From assembly GCA_030141605.1 (NCBI GenBank), contig JAQGDQ010000060.1:186001-250000 (forward strand): a stretch of DNA of 64,000 nucleotides. The letters are read 5' to 3'. The notes below the pieces were generated by a model that searched no databases, was not told the origin of the DNA, and was given only the letters and a program-made list of their open reading frames with translations. Below are positions 1 through 12,900 of the stretch, piece after piece. How positions within the stretch are numbered: position 1 is the first letter of the stretch; the number at the start of each line of letters is the position of its first letter. The stretch is from Tubiluchus corallicola (Eukaryota; Animalia; Priapulida). The position numbers and the translations under genes are program-made.

Positions 1-366
1 TGGAGATCGCTAGCGTCTATTAGAATTACATGGAACATTGTAGAATGTTCCACTGGAATGATCATCTTACCGTGTGGAATGTTCTGGAACAAAACTTCTG
101 GAAGCTTCTCGGGCGCGCTATATAAGGCGAAGCAGGCCACTGAGACGGGGCACGCTGATTCACACGGACACCACTTACGCATTCTCTTGTATACTTACAT
201 TTTCAGACACATTTAAAATGTTTTCCAGATTTTCACATTTAGTGTAAACATTTCGCGTTCCTTCATACTTTTGTGTTGTAGAATTCTCGCTTAATAAACT
301 AGTTTAATTTGACGGCGTGTTTTCTGGTTTGCTCTACGAGCCTTCCGAGAGAAACAAAACACAACA
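1..366 (+). mobile_element. LTR-like element end (solo or 3' LTR), truncated by the window edge
   Basis: TATA (TATATAAGG ~119-127), AATAAA ~293-298 and a terminal ...ACAACA at 366, then an abrupt return to A-rich flank. No primer-binding site follows. The 5' TG end and TSD lie outside the window. Confidence 0.5.
22..127 (+). promoter_or_regulatory. Cluster of heat-shock elements upstream of a TATA box
   Basis: gGAAtgTTCtgGAAc (76-90) and cTTCtgGAAgcTTCt (95-109) are perfect 3-unit nGAAn inverted arrays. An imperfect array lies at 22-51 and the TATA box at 119. Confidence 0.6.
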
Positions 367-910
367 TAAAGAGAAATATAAGGGAAACAAAAAGCAAAAA
401 TAATAGCAATGCGGGAAATCAAATCAAATAAAACGCAGACTAGGACAATATAAGAAAATTAGCATCAGTCTCACAGGCATAAAAACTAGTATAGACCATA
501 GTCCTTGCCCATTTCTCTTAGTTATTCAGTTTGATACAATAAGAGACTAACATCTATGTTCTGCTGCTGCTTTCCCTTTTTTGATCTAAAGCTCAGCTAT
601 CTTTACAAGAAAACTTACAACTATAACTAATCAGCAATAAAGATAAAAAAATTATCGTATCAACATGAAATATTAGTTTTAATCATCTTCGTATCGATAT
701 TATTCTAGAAATATCATTACAGTATCGCCAAATGTATCGTTACGGTACAGCTTACTCTTATGGGATCGTTGGAAAAAAGTATCGTATCTTATCGCCAAAT
801 GTGTATCGTTTAACATCCCTAAATCGAAAGAGGCTGACTACAATGGGGAAGAAGCAATAGCTACACGCAAACCATCCTTAACATATTTGAATACTGATAA
901 TTGATAATAC

Positions 911-3900
911 CAGGCAAGCTTGTAGAAGAACGACTTGTGTAATCCGTCAAATATGTGAATATTTTCACAGTGGCGTCAGCGTTATATTGCTTTACAGTTT
1001 TCCGCACGACATCCCACTGGTAGCTGCACTCCGGACCAGGGACGTATCCACTTCTAGTGTAATAGCCTAAAAATGAACTATGAACTATGAATTTTACTTC
1101 ACACATCAAAAAACAATATCAAACATATTAATAAATTTTACATAAAATAATTTGAGTAATGCGAGGTGAGTGTACGACCGTACGGTCATTAACACACTCA
1201 CCTTACTTAAATGAAAAAAATGATTATAGTTATGTGTGCTTCTGTAGATAACTTATTGTAAATAAGGATGAAGTAAATGATGTAGTAATAGCAATAGTAT
1301 AAGAGCAATAAACCTGAAAGTTGAGAAAGGAAAACAGAATATGTAATTACGACTTTGAGTGAGCCTTAAAGAGTGAAATTTTTTTTAAATAGTTACGAAT
1401 TTGAATTATGTGATTATCTGTCAATGCACCGCTTACTTGTAATACAATGCACCATATTGCTTACTTGTATATACAACGATGTACATATACACATATATGT
1501 ACCCAAATATAAGTGGGGAGAAGAGATTAAATTATATATTATGTTTGTAGTAATAACTATAACTGTATAGAACATTTAAATCTAATTGATGGTAGTAATG
1601 TAGCCATCATAACCATTAAAGATGGGCTACGGGGAGGGGGGAGGCAAATTATAAGAATACAAGTGATTCAATAGCAAAATTAATGCTACAATAATACATT
1701 CAAAATTTTTTGTATCATGAGGAAAATAATGTTGATTATATTTGCAGGCAGCAAAAATTGCAAATGATCAACTTCCTCATTTTCCTAGTTAGGAAGACAG
1801 GAATGAGTGGGTAAAAATCATTCAAGCAAACAGAGAAAGAACGTTGTAGTTTAATTTAAATGGAGTATTTATCAGGGCGTAGCTTTAAAAATATTTGACA
1901 CTTTTCTTTTATCTTTTGACTCCGTGATCTTTTTACGTAAATGAGAGTTGCATGACTGATCAACAAGTCAAAAACAAAATCACGTTTCTTAGTTTTATAT
2001 TTCTTATTGCAGCTAATGAAATAATTTAATACCACAGCGAAAAAGTTTTTAATTTGATGAACGCAACTCCTTTACAAAAAATATCATCTTGCCAAGGAAG
2101 ACAAATTGAATTCTATTTCAGCTAAACATGGGGATTAGCTGCAGATATGAGGAATTTCATATGAAATACATCACATATCATATATATGTTATTTACTATT
2201 CATTTAGTTTCAAACCAGTATAGCCTTACAGGTACATGCAACTTTGCTTCTTTTAGCGTCACTATTGCATAGTCAAATTTGTTAACAATTTTGCCTTTAA
2301 TTAGTTAGTTTTGCCCATAGAACTCTGCTTTACCAATTTTTTTCACTTTGTTTTGCACAAATTTGCATAATTTTATTTACCATAATTGTTTGCTATTAAT
2401 TTAATCTTGATCTGTTTTCCTATTCTATTCTTTATTTTGCACTAATAACACATGCTGAAATTAGTAGACTCACTATTTAGGGATGGCAGACTAGATGACG
2501 TTTAGATCTTTCGCCATCCCGCCCTTCTTTAAATTTTGTAACTCATTGTTATATACTATCTATGATTGTTATTTTGAAGGCAAAAAAATAAATTATAAAT
2601 TATTATATGTCACACATCTGTTGTGTGGAGGCAATGCTATAGCGATCACTAAAAATTGAAGACTTGTACTGATAGCAGAAATACATTAGTTCATTAGAAA
2701 TGCATTCGCTTATCAAGACTAAGCAGCCCTACATGATAAATCACAATATTTTAGATGTCTTACATACTCTGAATTGAAAAAAAAATGAGTACAGTTACCT
2801 GGTCCACACCTGACATCAACGCCATCATTATCCAGTCCATCACTAATGAATATAATAACTGACAGGCAGCTAGGTCTGGATGAGTTCTGTAAAAGCTCAA
2901 AAGCTTTTTCAAATGCCATTCTGTTTGTAAATAGAAATGCTAGGTAAAGTTAAAAATGTTCAGTAAAAAACATTACGAAGACAATGAATTTAATTTCTTT
3001 ATGTTCAATAAATTTTTCTTGCAGGTGTAAGCAACTTTTGCTTTTTTTAGTTTCACTATTGCATAACCAGATTAATTTGTTAGCTATTTTGCTTATAATT
3101 AGTTAGTTTTGCAAATAGAATTCTGCTTTACTAATTTAATTTTCCCTATGTTTTGCACAAATTTGAATAATGATGTTTTCCATAACTGTTTGCAATCAAT
3201 TTAATTTTGATTTATTTTCTTTTCATATATTTTTATTTTATTACAAAAATTTTTCCTCGCCATTATGAAATTAGTAGACTCACTAGGGATGACAGACTAG
3301 ATGACTATTTGGTCTTTCACCATCCCGCCTTTCTTAAATTTTGTAGTTTATTGTTGTGTCCATCTGCCGTTCTTAAATTTTGTACTTTATTATATTATTA
3401 TATCCGTCTGTCCTTAAATTTTGTAGTTTATTGTTGTGTCCATCTGCCGTTCTTAAATTTTGTACTTTATTATATTATTATATCTGTCTGTCCTTCTTAA
3501 ATTTTGTAGTTTATTGTTATATCCATCTGTCCTTCTTAAATTTTGTAGTTTATTGTTATATCCGTCTGTCCTTCTTAAATTTTGTAGTTTATTGTTACAT
3601 CCATCTGTCCTTAAATTTTGTAGTTTATTGTTATATCCGTCTGTCCTTCTTAAATTTTGTAGTTTATTGTTATGTACTATTCTGTGAACATTATTTTGAA
3701 AGAAGAGAATTTATTCAATTCAATTCTATTCCATTCTGTTCTTAACTGCAAATGAAAGCATAATGAGATCTATCTCTCATCTTCATACAGACTTGTTAAA
3801 TGTAGAAAGAGAATGCATTTAGTAAGAGTACTCACTCAAATTCACTTGTGCCAACGGGTTTGAGCTTCTTAACTTGAGAGATGAGATCTCGTTTGTAACC

Positions 3901-6900
3901 TATAGTTGTAGGTGCCATCCTGTCTTGATCACACCCCAACACTTCCGTAGTATGTTCTCTCCATCTATTTATTGTGTAAAAAAATGTGTAGTATCACAAA
4001 AAGGAAACTAGTTTATGAAATTATTTTGCGAAAAACTTGTAGTATCACAAAAAGGAAACTAGTTTATGAAATTGTTATTGTGCAAAAAAACTTGTAGTAT
4101 CACCAAAAGGAAACTAGTTTATGAAATTGTTATTGTGCAAAAAAACTTGTAGTATCACCAAAAGGAAACTAGTTTATGAAATTGTTATAGTGCAAAAAAA
4201 CTTGTAGTATCACAAAAAGGAAACAAGTTTATGAAATTGCTATTGTGCAAAAAAACTTGTAGTATCATAAAAAGGAAACTAGTTTATGAAATTGTTATTG
4301 TGCAAAAAACTTGTAGTATCATAAAAAGGAAACTAGTTTATGAAATTGTTATAGTGCAAAAAAACTTGTAGTATCACAAAAAGGAAACTAGTTTATGAAA
4401 TTGCTATTGTGCAAAAAAACTTGTAGTATCACAAAAAAGAAACTAGTTTATGAAATTGTTATAGTGCAAAAAAACTTGTAGTATCACAAAAAGGAAACTA
4501 GTTTATGAAATAGTTATTGTGCAAAAAAACTTGTAGTATGACAAAAAGGAAACTAGTTTATGAAATTGTTATTGTGCAAAAAAACTTGTAGTATCACAAA
4601 AAGGAAACTAGTTTATGAAATTATTGTGCAAAAAACTTGTAGTATCACAAAAAGGAAACTAGTTTATGAAATTATTTTGCAAAAAACTTGTAGTATCACA
4701 AAAAGGAAACTAGTTTATGAAATTGTTATTGTGCAAAAAAAACTTGTAGTATGACAAAAAGGAAACTAGTTTATGAAATTGTTATTGTGCAAAACAACTT
4801 GTAGTATCACAAAAAAGGAAACTAGTTTATGAAATTGTTATTGTGCAAAAAAACTTGTAGTATCACAAAAAGGAAACTAGTTTATGAAATTTACTGGGCC
4901 CGTCAGCATGAATTACTTATTGCAGATTTGAAGATATATGTATATTGTGTTTGTCAGCATCTTTAGGAGAGATTTGGATACTTTACTCTACCAATTACAG
5001 AAATAAATTACCAAAATCTGAGTGAGTCAGAAGATCCACAAATAGCAAAGCAGTTGGCGGAATTTATTGAAATAGCAATGGAAACAAGAAGAGGAGGTGT
5101 CACGCTAGAAATTTAGCCAAAATAATAACAGTCATAAACGGTTTATGAAGCATCAAGATTGATCACGTTACTTGTGTCTTGCACGGTGATATTCATTTGT
5201 GCCTATCTAACCAGATAGAGTGGACACCCAGGAAACAACAAAAATATGAAGGAGATGCCTATATTTACAGATTTTGTGCAGACTTTAAAGCTTGTTGAAT
5301 GATACACCTGTTGCACAGCACTTGTCTTTGCTAACATTTAACTATTTTTGTAAAAAACTATTTTTAAGAATTTAGAATTTGCCAAATCCTCGTGCAGGGT
5401 AATCACTAGTAGAGGCGAGCATTCTCTACTAGAAAGCGAATTCGAATCGAATTGAATCGAATTTGTGACTTTAAAATTTGAATCCAACCGAACTTCAGTA
5501 TTTCGAATTCAAATTGAGTTCAAAGATTTCGAACAAGTTTTCAAACCACCAGTAAAAAGTTGGCTTGCAAAGATCATGCATATTATTGATTTTTTCTGCA
5601 GTAAAACCACTACTAATTTGTTTAAAACTTGAGCACAGAAATCACAGCTAAATTATGCTGACTGCACAATGTTTCAAATGTTTTAATGATAAAGAACGTA
5701 TGTGGTTGAAGTGCTGAATTATTTGCATCTCTAGTTTTAGGTTTGAATCGAATTCGAACTAAAAAACTCGTTCGAATTGAATTCGAAAGTTCAATGCCCA
5801 CCCCCCAATTACTAGCCATTCGACATATCGTTTATTGAGTTTACTGAATTCATTTATTTTAGTCAATTCAAGATTTTAAAAAGTCCTCCTCAGGCTAACG
5901 TCCATGACATTATCTGTGCCTCGGGCCACAGGCTGATTATAATAAATTCAGCATTGTGACCAGAGCTACAAATAACTGGGACTTGTTAATAAAAGAAAGT
6001 TTATCTGTGTACCCTAATAAGCCTTCTCTTATGTGTTAATGTAATATTAAGTAATATATTGCATAATGTAATAATGCAAATTAATGTAATATATAATACA
6101 ATATACACAATTTTGAATTAGCTAGTTTGCAAATAATCATCTCATTCACTTCATTTCTAGTGAAATATTTTAAAATTAATTTATGTTGACAGTAAATTTT
6201 ATAAACTAGTTTTTATTCTATTTCATAATTTGAAACTATTTCTTTATTTCCACCAAAATTTTTTTTTCACCAACTGTGGTTAGACTAGCGTGCAAGTGTG
6301 GTTAGAGTGTATACATCTTTAATAATCGTTTACAAAAAAGTTTATAGAGGGTATAGGTTCGACTACGCAATGTGTCATATTCGAATGGGGGTTTTACGGA
6401 GTAGCTAAAATTTTTAACAAACATGTCCTAAATTCCACAGCTATCAAAGTTACTACCAGTTAGGCAGAATATACCACAAATTTTAGTAACTACCCGCTTA
6501 TCACAAATTTTCCTAAAGTAACACAACATTGAATTTACAAACTTAATGAAATCTTGATGAAAACAATAGTTAAAGTAAGTAAGTACTGTACAATAGTCTA
6601 CTTTACATTTGCACAAAAATGTTTGAATATGTATACTGGTAATGCAATTACTGCTTATCTTGGTCATGGAAAATCAATATTTGGTCAGGGAAATTTATTT
6701 TGAATCCTATGGGAACCCTGTTATGGATAATTCAGAATTGGAACTCGCACTGCCATGCAGAATGCGTTTTCTATCAGACTGCTGCTGTCATAACAATGTC
6801 AACATATATGCTTTGACAAGTTTCATTGTCTTTTAAACATGCATTGCTTGTAGGTTTTCATACTGTTGCGGGCTACGAAAGACCACATGTGAACTTCATG

Positions 6901-9900
6901 TGATCTAAACAAATAACTTCGTTATCATCATTTTCATCTAGTTCCCTGAACAATAATTCTGATGTCAAACATGCAAGGAGCTCAAGTATCAGCATATCAG
7001 TTTCAAACATTTAATCATGTTGCATGTATAAGATGAGCATTGATCACATTGTTTGAGGTTACTATTTCTAGCTGAGCAGCAAGGCGAAAGTACTACACCT
7101 ACACATGAGAAGTACTACACCCACACACGAGAAGTAGTACACCCACACACGAGAAAGCAAATGCACCGACGCATCTAAGCGTTAGCAACAACACTTTGCT
7201 GAGTCGAGCAGTTGCCGCTCGTGTACAGGTACTGTGGAACTGCAGCACCCCCTATTTTCACTCAAGATTATCAATAATATTCAATATAATAAGTCTTTTT
7301 CTTTAGTTCTTTCTTTAAACTTGTATGGAACCAGAACACATGAGGGTAGTACTGTTCACAGCCACAGCCCAGGACAGAGGTGTATTTGGCTGTTCTGAGC
7401 ATGTGGCCATGCGTATATGTCTAGGATAACATGCTGTATGCTGCACTGCTAGCACTGTTGCTAGGTAGAAAGAGTACTGTCACTCACACAGTTTGTTGTC
7501 AGTTTTCACGTGCTTAAGGGGCAAGAAAAGGGGTACCTGACGTAGGTTTCAGAAAAATCACCTTAAAAAATTGTATTACTTTACAGCAATTTTATGCATA
7601 ATCGTACTCGCGTTGAAAGGAATTTTTGTTTGTTTTCATTTTACATCTCTAGCAAGACTGTTCTGATGGCGAAAATTACATGACGTCACCTATGCAAATG
7701 TAAATCGGGGGAAAAGACAATGTTAAATTATGTCCCAAAAAACTTTCCGTGCAAATCTATATTACTTAGCATTTCGCTTACCTGCTTGAAAGACTTATGT
7801 AACTAGAAATAATAATTTAAAATATTTGTGTCAATTGATAAAATGTTGCTGACCAACCTTCCAGCGTGCACCACTCATTAACCAAAAACATATTTTTAAT
7901 CTTATTGGCAAGATACAGTAATTTAAAGTTTTACTTAGTTAGCAACATGTATGCTGCAAATGCTCCGATTATTTTTTCAAACTTTACTCAATGTTATCAA
8001 AACTTGTTTAAAACAACCTTTAAAATGGCTGAGCCTAATGGCCATCTCGGGAGTTTAAATTTACAAATTTATCGTTACGGCTGATATAAGCCCTGCATGC
8101 AAAACGGCAACATGTAAGTGGTATAAATTTCGAGACGAATTTTTTAATGTTTACATAAGTGGAGGGTTTTCTTGTGCTTTAAAAACCGTTTACTAGCATA
8201 TTCTTGAACTGCGGCAATTCAGGCTATTCGTAAGCAAAAATTTTTCGTTTGTTTGCTTGTTTAAAATTACAATAACATTTACATACGTTCGTTTCCTTTT
8301 ACACAGTATTAAAACAATGTCTAAAATTTTCTGAAGCAGCACCCCTACTAATTTCAGCTACGAGCCGCCACTAGAGTCGAGTCACCTAAATCTCAGCCAC
8401 CCGGTTTGCATTTACGCAACATTATCGGTGAGCTGATACATTGCACTACGCACAATTGGATTAAATCCAACAAAAAACATACAGTTACCAGATAAAACCA
8501 GCATTGCACTCACATGCCAACGTGATCCCAGAAGCTTTGTCGTGCGCATATAACGCTGACATAGTCGTGCTGAGAAAGAGACTTAATTAACACCGTTGCA
8601 AGCGACTGAGCCGTCAGAAACCTCTGATTCTCTTGCATGGATGAGCTGAAAAAAATTGCCTTTGTTTATAAGCATTGCTCTCACAGTGACAGGTAATAAA
8701 GTCACAAAGTACAGGAAAGAAGGTCTCAAGAAGGCGTCACAATTTTGGTTAGGATCGGTTTAGGGTTATTTCTATTTTTCCTATGCCTTTTTCCTGTAAC
8801 TTTTTCCTATAACTTTTCTTCTGTGACTTTTTACCTGTGACATTTTTACATGTGACTTTATTACCTGAATTTGCTTTCACATACTTGCGCTACAGTACGT
8901 ACTATGAGACAGGATTAATCCCAAAGTTGCACGGCAGCACAGCAATACTGTGAGAAGATTATCCGGAGGCAAAACAGGCCGACTGCACTTCAGAAGGCAA
9001 CTAGGAAATGTACACAACCTGGTGGCAATTCAAGGTCATTGATCATGCGAATCCAGGTAAAAAAGTCGGAGGAAAAGTCACAGAAAAAGTCACAAGAAAA
9101 AATAAATAACCTTAACCCTAGCACTAACCCTATTCTTAACCACTAACCCTAAACCTTACCATAGCCAAAATTGTGACTCTTTTCCTATGACTTTATTATT
9201 GGTCACCGATCGTGCATATACAGATATTCACTAATTACTGACTGTCTGTATGTAAAATACTAATAAAGTGCTTATCAATAATTTACGACTATGTATACAC
9301 AATAAGAAGTTAAATCCGACTAATGAAGAATTTATAAAAAATCATACATAGTAAAACCGATAACTTCACTTACCTACAGTCTAAAATCACCACAATGTTT
9401 TTTGGCCCACTGATTGCTGAAATGTACCACGGTCGTAGTCGAGGATCGTAGTCATTAGGCAAACCAATGTGATTTATAGACCACGATTTGCCGGGGTAGC
9501 TTCGTAAAAAACCAGCATTTGAACCAAAGTACTGCCATCTGAAACATGGGGAAAGTGTTACATAAAAAAATTAGTGTATACGTACAGTCGACTCTCGTTA
9601 AACCGGACCCCGTTAGCCCGGATATCGGATAAGACGGACGTCATCCGTGGTAAAGGAAACCGACCGATTTCCATCCGAGCCCGAGAGCTAAACACAACAC
9701 GGCCTACCAACTGTACAATAATTTCTTTATCCTCACAGGTTAACTATTTTAAAGTAATATACAGTATAGTATATAGTGCACAGTATATAGTGCAATGTAT
9801 ATAGGTTTTATTAAGGTGATTATTCCTGTATAATATAGACCATATATAGGCATATCGGATAAATCGGACAATCGGCTAAACCGGACCACCCATCCCCCCA

Positions 9901-12900
9901 ATTAGTCCGGTTTAACGAGGGTTGACTGTATTATGCTTCGTATTGAAATATTCTTAAACTTTGCTGTATTTGTGGAAACTTTGTTTCTCTACAACTCAGA
10001 ATTATGGACAATTAAAGCACAACACGAATCAGAAATTGATGCATTTCAAAGAAGAAACTACAGGAACACTCTAGGAACAAAGTGGCCAAGGAAAATATCA
10101 AACCAGGATCTACAATAAAGTCAAAGCAGAGGAATGAACAATTAAAATCAAAAGGAGAAGATTAAGATGGACAGGACGTGTTATACAACTACAAGATGAC
10201 AGTCCATTAAAATTAGCTTTCAAAGAAGCAGTGTAGAAAGAAAAGAAAGAGCAAGGAGGACAGCTGCTGACTTACATCAATTTCATCCAAAAAGATCTTA
10301 TCAACACACCATTAGATATCAAAAATACAGAGACATGGGAGGCTGCGGGTGACAGGGCAGCGTGGTCTGAAGAGATTGCAAGGGTCATGTCAGAGGACGT
10401 GTGACTCCAGAAATGATGATGATTCTTTATCATTTATTAATACATTCATTAATAATTCATCATTAATCATACAACAAATTAATTAATCGAATGTTTTTAG
10501 TTTGCATAGCAATGTTAATATTAACATACAAAAGCTTTGGATCTCGCAGCCTGTTTTCAATAAAGACGCTGTCCAAATGCCGTGTGTAGAGAATAGCCGA
10601 TATGGTGTCGTCAGAATCTCTCGGAACGTCTTCGGATAGTTTCACCGCACTAGCATTAACATTAACTGGTCTCTTGAAATACCTGTGAACATAAGAGTTC
10701 AAATTCAAACAAAAAATGTTTATCACACTGAAAAATGATCATTAAATATTTGAATGAAAGCAGTAACAGTGCAACTAGTTTAACCAAATGAGAAATACTT
10801 ACTCGCTATAAAAGCGCGGGTCTGGAAACCTGCTCTGTATATCCATGTCCTTATACAACTCCGAACTGACGTCATTCAGTCTGTCATAGGACGGTTTTGT
10901 TTCCATGGTAACATAATCATCGTGAAACTTCACAGCAGCAGCAGCAATTCTCTGGAAGATGGGACAGATGACAGTAAGCCTTGAGCAAAAACGCAAACTA
11001 TCAAAGCTGCTTTAAAGAATCGAACAAACATGTTAGCTGAAGCGTCCAAAATATTCCGTCAATATCCAGTTATCATTCATAGACGCACCCCAAACTACCG
11101 GTGTTTGTTGCAAGCCATGAAACAAGCCTACATATCTTTTTAATACTTCTATTTTAGGTTTTGCATATTCAGGGCAATTTATACAGGCATTCACAGTATT
11201 ATGAAAAAGAAAATTACTAAAAACATGTCATGCTGCAGTCATCATCAGTAGTAGATTACACAAAGCAAACAAGCAGTTTTGCAGACACGGACTACAGAAA
11301 TTCACTAATTGTGTATTTATAAAGAAATATATACATATATATATATAATATGTAAAATATGTGAGATGAATCAAGTGGCAGATGAAATGCATTTTTGTAT
11401 ATGACATGTCCTGCTTATCAAAATGGAAGAAAAGTTGTATTCAAAAAGTTTAAAATATTTCCTCTTTTTGCAGAAATGCCTGTAAGTGAACAGTTTATGT
11501 TTATTAATGGCCTAAATGTTGCAGAGATGAGAACACTAGTAATAAATTTTATATATGACATCAGTAAGAAAAGGGAAGAGAAACAGGATAGCAACTTACT
11601 TTAATTTGAACTCGTAGCCTACAAAATGTATTCTTATTATTGTTGCCTTTGTATGCTATTATTGTGTTTTTGTTAGTATGTTTTTTTATCGTCCGTACTA
11701 CACGTTTGAGCCGTTCTAACCTATGTACATGGTCAATGTAGTTTTTTGGTCTCTATGTTGGATGCTCAATAAATTGTACACACACACACGCGCGCACGCA
11801 CATGCACTCACGGTTTATTGAGCACACAACATAAAGAGACCAAAAAAATACATTGAGCCTGTCATATATATATATATCTGGCTTTCTTGTGAATGCACAA
11901 TTAGTGGATTTCTGTGAATTTCTGTTGCCTTTGCCTATAAAACTGGTTGTTTTGTTCGAGTACTGTAGTCTATCATTGCAGCCTACTTTTTAACATTTTA
12001 CATCCTAAAGCTTTTGCACTTTAGTTTTTATATACTACATCACATCAAAACTGACAACAGAAAGACGTGAAATACAAAGAGATATATGCCTTAGATGCCT
12101 CTTCTTTAAGAGTAAAATAGTCTTTGAAATGATCCCGGATTCTCTGAACAAGTTCTGCACCATCTTTTTCCTCTTTCTCATATTCTGCCTGATCGTAGAG
12201 TGTCTGAGTGGCGCTGACATGCATGCTACGTTCTGCAAACTATAACAGAAAACAATTTGACAAGTGCTCATCTTTAAAGGACAAGATTTTGCACAATTTT
12301 TCACAAATAGGCTCGAAACTTGTCTCAGGTGAAATTCTATATCAGGGCTGGATTATGACCTTTTGGCTGATGAAATTATGGGACCCCCAGATGGAGCCAC
12401 CCTCTAATTTGCTTGCATTTGTCTCGAAATTTTTTACTTGTCATATGTTTTAACAACATTTGCATAGCTGGGTGCCCCATATCTCAAATAAAGGGCCTCA
12501 GATAAGGGCCCTTATCTCAAATAAAGGACCTCAGATAAGGGCCCTTTGCCTCAAATAAAAGGCCTTAAACAAAGATCCTTCATCTCAAATAACGAGCCAC
12601 TTCAAAATTGGATTTTCAGCCTTCCTGGCCTCCTTTTTTAAAGTTGAAATTTTATTTTAAGTTTTATGAATTATTCAGCAATGCAAAGTATAGGCCCCAA
12701 GCTTGAATGCCTAGGCTGCAGCCTATACTAGCCTATAGGGTAATTCAGCCATGTCTTACATCCATATAAACTCATTGCATGCACAAACACGTTAGGAGCA
12801 GCATTACGTGAAAATGAAAATTTAAGCTGACGCAGTTCTCAACATATTAGATGAAGCCATTTTAGCAATCAATTACCTGTTAGAAAGACTCGCAAAATCT

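Noticed and set aside
3207-3745. Hydrophobic repeat ORFs
   Set aside because: Translations of the 39-bp minisatellite.
3969-4890. Regular arrays (also 23352, 34362, 52567, 55109) as CRISPR arrays
   Set aside because: The units are head-to-tail with no unique spacers, there are no cas genes, and the context is eukaryotic introns.
11221-11255. Second hammerhead (minus-strand CTGATGATGAC...)
   Set aside because: The GAAA half of the core is missing, so it cannot fold as a ribozyme.
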